This document shows, piece by piece, positions 1 to 13,801 of a stretch of DNA of 64,000 nucleotides (position 1 is the first letter of the stretch; each line of letters opens with the position of its first letter). The notes under the pieces are model-generated. The model had not been told where the DNA came from. It made no database searches and was given only the letters and a program-made list of their open reading frames with translations. A program made the position numbers and the translations under genes. Source of the stretch: Aplysia californica (taxonomy: Eukaryota). The DNA is taken from the NCBI RefSeq assembly GCF_000002075.1, contig NW_004797800.1, positions 417,159 to 481,158 on the forward strand. Direction: 5' to 3'.

Positions 1-225
1 GAGAGAGAGAGAGAGAGAACGTGGCGTGGAGGAAGGTGTTTTTTGTTTTTCCAGTAAAACAGAACAAAAACTGTACTGATGATCAGGTTAAAGAAACGGA
101 TTTCAGTTTCATTGCTGTACATGTACCTCCCTAAAGGTCAAATCAAATTTGTAGACAATCAAAAAGTAAAGTAAACGCCTATTATAAATGGTTATTGTAT
201 CACAAAATTAAGAAAACAACATTAC

Positions 226-341
226 CTTTAGCAACAGTATGCACAGTCTCTGACGAGAACATGCCCATACTGCCAACATATTCCAGGAACCCTTCAATAC
301 TCCCTCCAACTCCAAAATAATACGATTTTGCAGCAAGAAGT
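226..341 (-). CDS. METTL18: METTL18 exon 8
   Basis: LLAAKSYYFGVGGSIEGFLEYVGSMGMF; acceptor tttcacag, donor AAG|gtaat. Confidence 0.9.
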
Positions 342-3300
342 CTGTGAAACAAAGCTAAGGAAAAGTGTTGAGTAGGACAATGAGAAAAACTATGAAGACC
401 TATTACAGAGCATCACTAAATGAAAACAGCCACTGAAACAATTAGTATGGATACCCTGTGGGCTTTAGTGCTGAGAGGAACTGAGCACTTATGGACCTGT
501 CCGGTGTGCAATGAAGTTGTTGCCCAGGAAAAGTAAGACAAGTAAGACAAAATGAAAAGAAACTAAGAAAGATTATAATTTACAAAAAACCGTATGATTT
601 ATAAAAGCTTGTGATCTGATTTGCTCCCCACCAACTGCAATAATGGTAAGACTGGAGGGACCTCTAGGAACCCCCCCCTCCCCCCAGCGTTTTTTTCTGT
701 AGTTTCGACTAACTAATTCAACATGTGATTCACAATGGACTCTAAGGGCATTGAGCAATTCAACTATCCCTGTCATAATTATCAGTGTTACGTAACATGA
801 AGACATGACTTATACTCACGCCCTTTACATTGCAAAAGTGCACTGATGTATTTTAGACAATAATAATCATGTCATATACATTTACATTATATTCATGTTT
901 TAAATATATATCCATTGTGTTTCACTTTCATCTTTGCTTTCCTATTTTTTCCCCATTCCATGGGCATTATTGGTATCCTTGTTACTTGCCTGTATAATGC
1001 TTTTCAAAGGGGAGGATGGATGTGAAACAAAATAGTAAAACACTGCTGTCTATCCAAAATATCTTCAGGTGTACCATGCAGCTTTTCTTCATTGGAATTT
1101 AAAATAAAGATTAGTTTTAGTAATAGTTTTACAGCACTTGCAAAAGAATAAGGTCACATAAGTGCCGAAGATTAGAGGTGTTACAAGAAAATAACAAACA
1201 AAAAAAAGAAGGAGGGGAGATAAAGACGATAGCCTACATGTTTGACAGGAAAGAAGAAGCAAACCACACCAGAGCACCCGCCAACCACCCACTTAAATAA
1301 GGATACATGAAACCATTTTCTTTGAGCACAGCATCAAACAAAGCATGAAGTTTTGAGTAATTTTCCTCATTGTAGATGGTTTCAGCTGTGAGAATGATGT
1401 CATATCTGAAAATGAGAAGATTACAAAGATAGCATTCATACATTAATGTATGATAAAAATTATTTGAAAATACTAGACAGCCCTGACTTAAAGCAGTCTA
1501 AAGTATTGTTGTAAAAATCCCATCAACAGAGAAGCCAATAAAATACTGCTCTACAGAAACACAATCTCCATCAGTTATAAGAAGTCTACATTCTCTCTTA
1601 AAACAGTTCACTACCAAAAGAAAAAAACAACAAAAAGACTGGATAAGAGAGGTGTGATACAATAACATGAAAACAGTCAGTAAAACATTTTCAAATAAAT
1701 TCATGAACACAATTACAGTCGACCCTACTTTTGGTGAACTTGCTTGAATTGATCATCAGTTAAGTTGATCTTTTTGTCAGGTTCCAGCCCCTCTAGTTCT
1801 TTACATTTGTTCAAGTCAAGTGGTTAAGTTCAGTTCAGCATAACTTTAAAAATGTATGAGTTGAAGTGCTTTTTTTACCTCCAACTGCAAGTATGCAAAG
1901 GTTGAATTGTTTCCCCCCCCACCCCCTCCGTGTAATGTCAGATGCTTCACAGCAGTTTTGACACAAGAGAAACTTAAAGTAAAAGAACAATTATATTGTA
2001 GAGCTGATCAAGCAGCCATAATAGGCTTACATATTATCTTAATGAAACAGTGAAGGGAGAGCAAGAGAGGGCGTGCATGTGTTTGACACTACGTCGCAAT
2101 AACCACGCCCGTTGTTGCTTCCTCTCCCCTGAAGGCCAAAGGAAATGGTACACGGCAAGGCCATGAACAATATAGTAAAACTTCGAATAAAAATAAATAC
2201 TCAGCTGAAGGAATGAACAAATATTGCTCGGTAAACTTTCCTGTCGTCACCATTTTTACCACAGTTGCTTACTAGATTTAGAATTCAAATTATGAGCAGG
2301 GAAAAAGATCTTGTTATGTCCCTTGGTTTTGAGGTCTCAACGGTCAAGTTGAACTTCAGAGAAGTTGATCTCTATTTCATTCCCCAGACGACATTGACTC
2401 ATCCGCAGTCGACTGCATTGCACATTGTTGATAAAGTAAAAAGAACAACCCACCTTACTGTCAAAATCAAGATACAAATATTAACGTGACACCTGGGTAA
2501 TTCTCTGTCTTGAATCATGTAGGAATGCAGAGAATAATTTAATATAATATGGTTGCCATTAAGTTAAATAAAAATTTCAAATTCAGGAGTCATTGTATAA
2601 AGAAACTGAACAAAAACAAACATTTTGTCCCTACTATAGAGCAAATCATAAACTTATAGATCTTTTTACAAGACAGTGAACAGCACTGGGTAATAATTAA
2701 GGAGTGCACAACTTCTTTACCCTTACAAACACTAACTTCAACTTTTCTCTGTCAGACAAATCAGAAAATGAAGACCAGTCTCCAGCAAAGTATCTGCACC
2801 GTTCCTCAAGGTCAGTATTCTCTGTGCTCAGTCTCACATTGACACACGTCAGCAGTTTGAGGACTTCTTCATTCTGCTCAAAATGTGTACAGAAAAAATT
2901 ATGAATTTATTAGAGTACCACCACACAGAAACATTTCTACTTGTTATTCAGCCTTTCAGGACCTGTTAGACAGCTTCAAGTTGGTAGTGTTGTTGATAGA
3001 GTTGAATCTGATGAGATTAGTATTGGTATTCATCTATCAGTAAGTAATAATCTTCACAGTGAGTATTAAAAAAAAAGATTTTATTTTGAATGTACATAAT
3101 GACGTTAATATTTAAGACTCGCTTCAACTAAAACAGCAAATAATTATAAAGCATTAAACAGAACATGAGAATATAGGCCCAATTAAATTCATTTACCATT
3201 TTCCTTCTTAAAAGGTTATGAGGAAGTCTTACCATGTCCAATTGTGTTAGGGCATAATAAATAGATCTACTGAACACCAGCACGAAGTGATTTGCTTTGA

Positions 3301-6300
3301 AGTTCTCCTCTGCTGAGTTTTCCTCCTCTCTCCTTTTTTCCCCATGGGGTCAAATGCTTCACCTTCTACTTCTAAGAGACCAAAAAATAGCTAAGAGAAG
3401 GACATTCCACTTTATAACTGAACCAAACCCTACAAAATACCTTAGACTATATTGCATAGGCAAAAAGGTCACACATGTGCCTCCTGAAAGTCATTTACAG
3501 TGAAGAAACGTAAAGGATAAATTATCACTGTATGTGACAAAACTCTAGAGAACTACATACAGAAACACTAACTGCTTACATAGTCTTGAAAATGCACTTG
3601 TTTTGCACCACTTTTCAGACAGAACAAAGCTGGCAATCCAGCTCCACAGCCAAGCTGAAACAAAACAATTGGAAACATGTGATTGTTCCTTTGATTTAAT
3701 GAATTGTTCTTTGTCACTATGGGTAGATTGATTTAGAAAAATTCTGTGAAAAAATAAATAATCAAAACAACATTGATCTTCATGATAAAAAATAAATAAT
3801 ATATAAAAAATTAATATTTTGCCAGAAATTGACATTAGACAAGATACAATCTGACTGATAACATGGAATGACTTAATGTTGCTAGACTTAGTGGTACAGT
3901 GACCTTGTATTTGTTAATTAGAGTCAAAGAAATATTGGACTCACAGAAAGGAAAAGGAATTCCCATTAAAATCATTAGCCTCCGAACCAATAAAATATTT
4001 TGCCTGCAAACATTCCAATCTGATATGTCTAAGCATCTGATGATGTGCCTAAATGTGGATCCCACATCTGAAACATGTACATGTATATTTTACTTTGTGA
4101 TGATGTACCAGACACACAGAGTCATTTTGTACGAACAATCTAAAGTCTTCTTTCACTGTGGACAGCAGGTCAAAAGTTTCAAGGGCTTAGATGAACAGCA
4201 GAGGTGTACAAGTTTAGTGTGTGCTACTGTCATAAATACTATTCTCATGCAGTGAACAGAGATAGAGACAATGACTGTGGGAAGGTCTGAGGTGCCAAAA
4301 CGTGTATCTTGCTGTCTTGGCCTCTTGAGGTATTACACAAGTACATCATTGCCTTTTGAGTTTTCTCTACGGGTTATTAAACTGTTTTTATGAGAAATGA
4401 AGGTGCTTTTTAAAATGTAGTAATTACCTCCGACCTACAAGTAGCACTAATGATGCTTCATTGTGCACTTTTTCCCTCCCAGGTAATTTCTGATTTCACA
4501 CTCTTGATTACCAATGTACTAATCTTGTGAGGGAAAATGCACTTGTCAACAAGCATAGTGAGAAATTTCTCCTCTCTTTTGAGAGAATGACTCAACAAGT
4601 TTTAAGAATTTTTCATTTGACAGGACATTATGGTATGTCCAGTATATTTAAAATAAGATCTTGCTGCAGTCTAATAATAATAAGTCTTACACATGCCTAA
4701 TGGTATTTGGAAAATAAAACTCATACACAACTAAACTACATTCAATTAAAGAAGCCAAAACTGGCACAAAGTATAGGACTTGATGCAATAAAGGAATTAA
4801 CGCTGGATATTACCGAAGAACTGTTGTATCTAAAATTATGTTTGTTTGATTTTGCTTACACCTAAATCATTGACTCAGAGAAATTGAACATCAGATATGA
4901 CAAATTCACTGAACATGAGGTTAACAGTGCCATAAACTGAATTTGTTTGCCTGTTGCATTCAAACAGCTCTCTGGCAATGACCATGGTCGATCAGATGAA
5001 AAGACAACAACTTTCAAAACAAGGCTTACTTCTAGCACTGATTTATCTTTTATGCCAAGGGACAATCCTTGCAGTTTTGTACTTAAAAACTCTGTGAGAT
5101 CAAAGGCACACTCCCATATCTTTAAACCTCCTGAAACAAATGAAGAAAGAATGTGGAGTGAAAAATTCAGGTGCATCATGTAGTAAAGACATTATAACAC
5201 AACGAAAAATTACTTTTTTCCTTCTGCAATGAGGTTGTAACAGTAATCATGAGCAGATTACAAAATACATTGTAATACATATTTTTTTCAAACTTGCCAA
5301 TACACACACTGTATGTATATATATTATATTATATATATATATATCAACATCTTCACACCTGAGCATCAAGTTGAATCCAATACAATAATTAAAAGATTTA
5401 TATTTTTAGATTATACAGTGTTCACTTTACATCAAGAGCGGAATTCAGGGAACTTACCCACTACAGCATAACATAAAGTTTTCCCTTTATTACATGACAG
5501 TAATCGAACGACATTAGAAACACAAGGTCATATTCACCTCCATTTAAAATATAATATTACCTTCATAGGAGCCAGAGACAAGATCACTATGGGAGCAAAC
5601 AGCCTGTAAGACATGAGAAGTGTCCAAAAGTTTCTGTAGTTCTTTGTCATTAAGAACCATCTGTTCCAGGCAACTGGTGTCAACAATTCTGAGCATGCAG
5701 TCACCAAATTCAAGTGACTTCAGGGTTAGCTGTGAAATAAATTACCAGAGTTGTGTACAGTCGGTCCTGGCTATCGCTGGGACTGACATGAATACTCAAA
5801 GATCATTACCATTGCCAAAACAGACTCTAAATAAGTATTTCAAGTAGTAAAAGATTCAAATTTATAAACGAAACAGAAATTTTGACAATGTTTTATAACT
5901 AGAATTGGGTTTTCTTTTAGAGGGACAAGCGCTTTCCTGATTGTGACATCTCTGAAAAGTATAATTAAAAATAAAAAGCTGCGAGACTGAATGAAATAAT
6001 TGACTGAGGGATGTACAATTAATTATAAGACTTTCAAGTTAATTACTTTTTTGATAGTCCAGTTCTGGTCTTCCTCCATTTCACCATAAACAAAAGAAAA
6101 ATGACAACTTACCGACGGACACAAACTCTTTTTTCCCTCTGAATGGATCAATGTCATCCTGTTTGCCAGAATTCTATTCTCTTTAAAAATTTCAAACAAA
6201 AACTCATTGCAAAATTTAAAAACAATTATACCTTTTTAACAATTTCCTCCCCATAAAACTCTTTCATTTCAACCGTGGGTTTCCTTTTAGTCTGGCTGCC

Positions 6301-9300
6301 ATGATCTGAGAGACTTTCTTGGTCTGTGAAAAAAAAGGAACACACAAAAAGTATACGTAAAATTTTATTACTTTTGACTTTGACACATTAAAAAAACCTA
6401 AAGGTTGAATTTCCTATTCAGGGTAAATGAATGAGAAAAAACACACCAAGGAAACCATATGGCAAGTGCGCACGGCTAATCCAATTCAGTCGAATTGAGT
6501 TGGGGCTGGCCAGATTTTATTCATGGAGGGGCAAAAGCTACCATTGTGGCACAATACGACCGAATTCGATTGTGACTGATGTGACTTTAAAAAAAAACAA
6601 CATAGTTTTTCAAGGCTATGAAATGAACAATCAGATGTTTACTGCAAATCATAAGGCTTGTAATCTACCAGTCCACAAGGTCAGGGTCATTATTTTTTGT
6701 TTGCCTGTGCAGAATGTGGTATTGGAAAATGTAGATTTGTAAAGGATCAATACTAATATTTAGAAAGCTATTACATCCCCCCCCCCCCCCCCCCCATGTC
6801 TGCAGGAATCAAGAACCTCTCAACACAGCAACCGCAATATGTGGTAGTCAGCACTTGAAGCCATTTATGGAAAGAAATGGGTTTCTGAACAGTAAGTTTT
6901 GGATAAAATAGCAACACACACATCAGTCGAAGTTTTCTATTCTTGTCAGATTTGACACAACAAGGGGGTGAGCACTGAAGCTGCCATAAATTGACTCAAT
7001 CCCGCTAACGGGCACCTGGTATTGCAATGTTGAGTAAGACCTTTTTGTTTCTGTATCAACAGATTAACAAAGTGTGGAAATCGTGAAGAGAGAACAAAAG
7101 AAAAACGACCCCTGTATCTCATAGCTGAGAGTGAATCACAATGATAGCTATTAATTAGTCTTGTTATGACGTTGCCACACATCACATGCCTAACCCTATA
7201 TCCTTTTCTGATTCCTTCACAATTTACAAGCAACAGTGTTCTAAACGTAGATAACGAAAACAACTGTGAAGTCAAGATTCAGCCTATGTGACAAAGGCTT
7301 ATCCTGTTATGTAGGTCTAGATTAAACAAATTATAATAAGCGTGCGTACCTAAAGAAAGGTACCAAAAGTCGCCGCAGACCATTTTGAGCTACAGGCTGA
7401 TAATGATAAAAAATTACTTTTTTGACAAAAATGTGTTTCAATTTATATTTAAAGAATGATAGTTCCACCATTTTTTAACAATGCGTTAAAAGAGTTCTCA
7501 TTGATTTGACTTCTAAATATTTTATTTTGAATTATTTTGAGGGTAGGGTATGTTTTAAAAAGATAATGAAAACTGCTTTTAAAAGGTTTTAAAATCTATT
7601 CTTGAAGCACATTTTCTCTTTCCCGCTATGTTTTACCATTGAATTCTATTCACGATATTGGTGTCAACTGAACATTGAATTGGAAATGAAATTTGAGTAA
7701 AAATACATTAGAAACAATTGAATCATTGCTTTTTTAAAGTTGTGTTCTAAACTTAAAAGCTAATTTTCTCAAAATTAGATCTTTATACCCTACCTCGCAA
7801 AATGTGCAATATCTCAAAAATCTACTTGAGATATATTGGAAATTCAAAAACCACTGTGCTCAGCATTGAATGTTCTATTAGGTACAACCCTTAACTCAAA
7901 ATGGTTAAAATCCAACTTTTGGTACCTTTTTTTTTGGCACACACACACACACATACCTCAAATCTCAGTGGTTTCCCCATCTCATTATTATTATTTAAAA
8001 AAAGAGGGGGCGGTTACAGTAGTCTATGGCTATAGATGAAAATGATCGCTTTTCTGTCCTGATTGAGGCGATTGATTATCGGAACTTGTGTTACATTAAA
8101 TTACTTAACTGTATACAGTAGTCTCCGCTTAAACGCACGGTGCTCGGGATGGCTCCGTAGCATGTGTTTATACGAAGCGTGCATTTACATGAACCTTTGC
8201 ATAGGGAGGAAGGGACGCAGTCATCTCATGGCCTTGATATTCTAGTGACCTCCCTTGGGGGTGGGGGTCACTTTGGGCCGCAGAAAGACAGACTTGAAGC
8301 AATGAATGCGCCATAAAAAGTCGGGAACAGATAGCCTAAAAAGAAATTGTGATAGTCATAGAGACGACCGGCAAGCCACGTGGCTATCCAAGCGACCATC
8401 CCCGACCGTAAATTCATGAACGAGCATTCTCGCGCGTTGTGCATCATAGGCTTCGGTCTAACTAAACATTAGTTAACACGCAGTCACTCAAACACCAGTC
8501 AGAAACCTTCTCTCAAAGAGATGCATTTCCAGTGACCAATCAAATAACGTTTCAGTCCCCCAACCCCCGAACATTTCACCAACCAGTCGAGGACCTATGT
8601 GTCAGTGGAAAGTTGGATGTGATAACGCTGTCCATCACTCTCTTTGTTCAGCATAAGGGGCAGTCTCACCAAATATCCGTTTTCTAGGCTAGCTATGCAG
8701 ATCGTACAGCAGTCGTAGTGAAAATTTCCCTTAGTCAAGCTTTATCTGTTAGCGTGTTTCGCAGATCTGAGCGTGTGTTTAGAATGAGTGACCGTGCGTT
8801 TGTACGTCTAAATTATAAAGTAAAAAACCAGTCAGATGATGAAAGCGTGCGTGTGAGCGGAGCGTGCTTTTGTATGGCATGCGTTTAGGCGGAGACTACT
8901 GTAAAAGAATTGAAATTAACAAGACAGAACGATAATATTGGTATTGGATCACAAAAAATGAAGCAAAAGTCTTAGAAAGTATCACAGTTTGGAAATATGG
9001 TAAATTTTTACTTTCATTCCCACACAATGCACTGCTTTGGATGGGGTCAAACCACCTGAAACCCCCTGCCCGATTGGGCCAAGGCGCAGAAATTACAACG
9101 CAATTAGGTTTAGTGTGATATAGAACTACAGTCAAACCCGCCATGACGGCCACCTGTACAAACGGCCACTTTCCATTCCCCCCCCCTTGCGTTTTTTATA
9201 TATAATTTAACTGTGTGAAACGGGCACCTGTCCAACGCGGCCACCATATTTTAACACACAACACCTATCACACTAAACAATAACCCCCGTCTTAGGGACT

Positions 9301-12300
9301 CCATTACGTTTTTTCATAAATCATGCATTGGCTCCTGGCGTTGTGGGCGAGCCGTCATAATCCAATCACCTGTCGTTGTTAGGTAGTCCCTCCAACTGAT
9401 CATGTTGCATAGGCTCCTCCCACTGTTGACCAATAGGTAACAAATTTTCAGCTGCTGGTGAGTTAAGCGTGTGATCCCTCATAACCCACAAGCCCCGCCC
9501 ACAACTCATACACAAAACGTAACTGAGACGAGTGATCACTGTTTACCCAGTCTGTCACAAAGTAACAATGGACGTCAACATGAACTTGTGACAAAAGTGT
9601 CGCCCGTTCTCCGAGTGGTGGTGACCCACGTGTTTGTTTTACCATAAAAAGCAACCGGTCCTCCTGGTCTGACACATTTCGTTCTATTGTCACCCTTGTA
9701 AAAAATTAGCAACAAACTAAATAAAAAGAAGAACCCCCCCCCCCCCCCAGCGAAAGCAACAACTATATATAACAATAACAATGACAACAATGTGGCGACC
9801 TCAGAAAGGAAGGGTTTGCTTTCTTTATCTTGATCAGTCCTGCCTAAGACAGCGACCTGTCTTATGAGGCCCCTTTTCTCCTTGACAATGGGTAGCGTCT
9901 TACACTGGTTCGACTGTAATTCGATTAACAATGATCAAATATTTTAAAAACTAACAATTATTTAGCAATGGAGATTAAGTTGATATAATTTGTGTTCAGC
10001 ACATCAATATTATCATCCGTACGCCCCCTTGACCGTATTTTGAAGTCATTTGTAACTTCAGCGTAATAAGAGTTTGTTTCCGGCCCTCCCTCAGTTTTAA
10101 CAACTCACACTGATAGGTCAACTTGAGCCATTTAATTAAGTATACTCTACTTTGAATGTGAGCGATAATTAATCTTGATGAACAAAATAGGTGTTATGGG
10201 CTGTTGGTATTCTTTTCAAATAGGCTCCCAAATCATAAATGCCATTTTCAACCCTCTAAAAGTACTAAATTTCAATTTCTTCGGGGGCTTCGCCCCCTGG
10301 ACCCCTGCCCCCGGCAGAATTTTCCTTACTTTTCCTTTTCAGCTATTGTAAGCACAGAATGGCAAAGAATGAAAGGGGAGTCTCATGTAGATACCCAACA
10401 GCAAGACAAAATACTATTTGATTACAAAACATATTGGGTTGAAATTGATTTTTGAAAGGGGTAACACACCCTCAAAGAGTACACTAGTACATCGTAGATC
10501 TTGTAGGCCTACAATTAAACTTTTATCAAAAATTGTCCTACCTAACTAAAAAAAGACATAGTCGGTAGCAGTACACCTTCATCAAGATTTCATGCACTAC
10601 CAAGACTGATAGTACACTTAACAATCTTCTGCTGCAGTTGCACAATTGTAAAGGCACTTTAGAGATACATGTAAATTTATTTGATAAGATAGGATAGATA
10701 CGAACCCAAACATCAACACTTTCACCTAGATTCGCATCCCACAATCGTATTCAGACATTTTAAACATTCTCTTAAATCTAGTATTAACTCCTAAAGCCAG
10801 GAGCTTCGTTAAACTAATCGTTTTCCTCCAGTATCTTTTCAAAGTCAAAGTCCAGATGCATGCAATTCTGCGTATGGTCACCAAGCCTTTAAGCACAAGG
10901 AGGGCGTACGTCCCATTGCGCCAATACTTGGGGGGGCTTACGGTCACCTAAGAATAGCCCCATGAGGGCGTACCGTCCTCTAGCGCCAAGCACTTGGGGT
11001 GCGTACGACCACCTAGTGCCAAACACTAGGGGGGCGTATGGTCCCCTAACAATAACATCAGCCAATTTAATAACTAGTTAAAATAGTCCAGCTAACTTTA
11101 ACTAGAGTAGAGTGTGAGACGGGAGGGAAAGTAAAACAATACGGTAGCGTCAACTGCAACAGAGTGACGTGATGACAGCTGAGGCTGACGTCAATTACCA
11201 CAGAGTCTATCTGCATCAATGGACCAAGATTTTAACTCTTATTGTCCTGTGTCCGAGCGGAGACGCCAATCTTTTCAGCAACTTCTTACTCTAAGGTGTC
11301 CAACAAGCGCCCCCCCCCCCCCCAGTAGATTAATTTTCAGTTCTTTAGGCCCCCCCCCCCCCCCCCGGATCCTTATTCCATACCCCCCGTTTATTATGTC
11401 CAGTTTGCCACGACCGATGATCATGTGAAACATTATAATCATAGTTATATCTACTAAAATAGAATCTAGATATATCTGAATAAAACTTCTTTTTTTCAAA
11501 AAATGGCAAATTAGGCAACCCTCAGTATTAGTACTGGTACCCGGTTGGCTACCTCAATTTTCTGTGCATTTTAAAAACATTTGTACATATTGGTTTATAT
11601 TTTCTTATGAAACTGGTTTGTTCCTAAATGGGAAAAGTTGTCTCAGTTAACTTTAAGCTTACTAAAATTTGGTAGCCAGTCATTTTGTCACACCCCAATT
11701 GTGTGGGACGAAATGACTTCGCTTATTATATAGGCCTATCTCTTCAAGTAGAGTATTGAAGGATCAGCCTAAAGCTTTTTTCGTTAAATCTTCGTCCAAA
11801 CTGTTCCATAGTTGAATATAGGGGCTCTCGTGGCCTCGAGGTTAAGGTGTTGGCCTCTCATTCAAAGGTCCCGGGTTCGAATCCGGGTAACGACCAAAAA
11901 ATTTTCTTCTCTAAAATCGTCTCCTTTCACCTCCTTTCCTGCTCTCTAGCAATGTTCTGTTGTCTGCTTTCATTTCCACTTTCTGCCCCCACCCCCTCAC
12001 CTCCTTTGCCCCCTCCTCTGAGCTCCTGATTCTTTCTGCAAGCCTTTCTACTGCTACTCCTCGGCTCTCCTTACTGCTGTCTTTCTGCCACACCCCTGAT
12101 CTTTTGGTAGGAAAGATCTACACCTAGCCTTTTCAGACAAGGGCGAAAAATCTCGGAGGGCCCGTGTGCAAGTTGCGCATGTCAAAGATCCCTTGGTGGT
12201 CTAAAATCGATAAGAGTAGGCTTCGGCCGCCACCTGGGCAAAAATCAAAACTGAAAATCTTAGGTGTGTCCCGCGCGCTCATATGACCGTATGCAGTTGC

Positions 12301-13801
12301 GAGTGCCGTAAAACACTTTACAAAAACAAAAAAATAGTTGAACATAGTTTAAATTCAAGGCAAAAACAATGTCTGGTAAAGATTTAAAATTTAAGGTTTT
12401 ATGTTCGAAAGTAAGGATCTAGCTTTTAGCACAATCGCAGTACGTACCATACACTTCTATTATATTTATTTTTAACAGAACTAATATGGTCTTGCCAATT
12501 ACACCTTTCATCAATAATACCTAAAAACTTTGTTGATCTGATTTCAATATCATCAATACATATTTATGAACGGTGTAGCTGATCAGGTAGGCACGATGAC
12601 TCGCACAGCCACAGCCGTCCCCTGTCCCTCGACAAACAGCCCCAACCCTCCCCCAAAAATCGTGATTTGCGATTGCCATGACAATGCGCGTTTGGCAAGT
12701 GAGACCCCAAGAATTTGACAATAATTTGTTTTGCAATTAGGTTTGATAGGCAATCTTTCCATCGGCTAGCACATCAAAAAGTAATCACTTCTAAGACTTA
12801 GAGCCAGAAGTAATTGTCGGTGGAGTCAAAACTTATCCCCAAACGGGACCCACATTCTTAACTAGTACCATTAATTTTTGACCACTTGTCCGCCCTCCCT
12901 CTTTTATTCAATACCTTAGAGTACCGCAAATTAACTCGATGGTAATTGACATCAGCATCACTTGTCACTGTCACCACGTCACTCGGTGAAGTGACTTTAC
13001 TAAAGTACTACAGACTACTGTAGTGACATTATGCTTATAACTTTAAAATAGCACGTTAAATTCCCAGTCTACCTCCCCGACTCCACTCAGACCTTCAAAA
13101 CTTTGAACTGGGCCTAAAAATGCGCAAACTACCGTAAATTTGTCATGAACAGATGGTATAACAGTGGTTTTCGGTCTTCCATTGTGATTTTGGAAGCCAG
13201 TAAGTATAATCTTGATTAGATCTAGATATCTAGATTATAGATCTAGATAGATCATGTTTTATTAAAGTGGTCGCTCCTTACAGAAAAGGGAATAAAATCA
13301 ATTGAAGAATTTAACGTGCTAAAGTTAAACTTAAAGCGGCGATTTTGTAGTTTCGTTCGTTAAAGTCAAGAGTAGGGGGGTTGCAGGGGGGCTTGCCCCC
13401 CCTGACCCTGACCTAAAAAAGATATGGTGGTGGGGGGGTTCAGGGGGGGCATGCCCCCCTGAATTTTACCCTAATTTGATGCTTTGCAGTTAGATTGCAT
13501 CCCTGCTCTTTGTGCAGCCTATTTCAAATAGTATTTGGTCATCAAGACTTCTGGATTTCTTCTCTGGATGTAAACAAATGGATCGTGGACTTAAAACGAA
13601 CGGAACTACAAGATCACCCTTAATTGCCTTAAAGCTAAAGGCTAAAGGCTAAAAAGTATAAGATCACCCAGAAATATTAAGGAGGACCGTGTACTGTTAC
13701 AATGCATCTCCATCACCTTTTTTATGAGCATTTTCAACACGCAGCGAGCCCTCGACGGAGCATTCACTATTTGGGTCTTCGAAATTGAAAGCAAACGACA
13801 T
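226..13801 (-). CDS. METTL18: Histidine protein methyltransferase 1 homolog (RPL3 His methyltransferase); 8 coding exons in window, final exon outside to the left
   Basis: Exons in transcription order: 13801-13717, 6323-6232, 5729-5561, 5130-5030, 3654-3580, 2873-2737, 1405-1307, 341-226. All have GT-AG junctions and consistent phases. Translation shows METTL18 hallmarks: MSFAFNF start, SDLVSGSYEGGLKIWECAFDL, SAM motif I VLELGCGAGLP, VHFQDYNEEV, YFAGDW, YDIILTAETIY, LLAAKSYYFGVGG. Confidence 0.93.
342..1306 (-). other. U12-type (minor spliceosome) GT-AG intron in METTL18
   Basis: 5' splice site GTATCCTTA at 1306-1298; branch-point-like TTCCTTAGC about 10 nt upstream of the AG at 343-342. Confidence 0.85.
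1115..1292 (-). repeat. Dispersed ~180-bp repeat (ggtggttggcgggtgctctggtgtggtttgct...gcaagtgctgtaaaac)
   Basis: Related copies at about 18400-18480(-), 21588, 39000-39175 and 63587-63745. Confidence 0.65.
1307..1405 (-). CDS. METTL18: METTL18 exon 7
   Basis: YDIILTAETIYNEENYSKLHALFDAVLKENGF; donor is U12-type GTATCCTT. Confidence 0.92.
1716..2415. mobile_element. Probable old pogo-like MITE
   Basis: ta-CAGTCGAC ... GTCGACTG termini with repeated aagttga motifs near both ends. Confidence 0.45.
2737..2873 (-). CDS. METTL18: METTL18 exon 6
   Basis: NEEVLKLLTCVNVRL...RCRYFAGDWSSFSDL; cag acceptor, gttagt donor. Confidence 0.88.
3580..3654 (-). CDS. METTL18: METTL18 exon 5 (SAM-binding motif I)
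   Basis: LGCGAGLPALFCLKSGAKQVHFQDY; tttcag acceptor, gtaagc donor. Confidence 0.92.
5030..5130 (-). CDS. METTL18: METTL18 exon 4
   Basis: GGLKIWECAFDLTEFL...KSVLE; ttcag acceptor, gtaagc donor. Confidence 0.92.
5561..5729 (-). CDS. METTL18: METTL18 exon 3
   Basis: Open frame ending HSDLVSGSYE(G); tttcacag acceptor, gtaata donor. Confidence 0.85.
6232..6323 (-). CDS. METTL18: METTL18 exon 2
   Basis: Open frame (D)QESLSDHGSQTKRKPTVEMKEFYGEEIVKK; strong polypyrimidine acceptor; phase fits exons 1 and 3; poorly conserved region. Confidence 0.72.
7350..7935. mobile_element. Probable MITE with subterminal inverted repeats
   Basis: Perfect 15-bp inverted repeat aaaggtaccaaaagt (7356-7370) / acttttggtaccttt (7915-7929). 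Confidence 0.55.
9129..9916. mobile_element. pogo/Tigger-like MITE; same family in the introns of genes B, C and D (~42085, ~49285, ~60346)
   Basis: TA-CAGTCAAACC ... GGTTCGACTG-TA; shared internal gagccgtcataatcca block. Confidence 0.72.
10865..11050. repeat. Degenerate ~31-bp tandem repeat (gggcgtacg..cc..gcgccaa..acttggg)
   Basis: About 6 diverged units visible. Confidence 0.55.
11821..12325 (+). mobile_element. tRNA-derived SINE, near full length (~500 bp)
   Basis: Pol III A-box-like TGGCCTCGAGGTTAAGG and B box GGTTCGAATCC, pyrimidine-rich body, tail ctcatatgaccgtatgcagttgcgagtgccgtaaaac plus A-rich end; at least 7 copies in the window. Confidence 0.85.
13717..13801 (-). CDS. METTL18: METTL18 exon 1
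   Basis: MSFAFNFEDPNSEC matches the typical METTL18 N-terminus (MxFxFNF); phase-1 donor AAG|gtgatg. Confidence 0.82.

Noticed and set aside
445-500. Second U12-like donor GTATCCAT inside the METTL18 minor intron
   Set aside because: Mismatch at a key consensus position and no convincing exon upstream; would need RNA-seq support.
11821-11895. tRNA-like sequence with A and B boxes
   Set aside because: It is the head of a multi-copy SINE and continues into the SINE body; no convincing cloverleaf.
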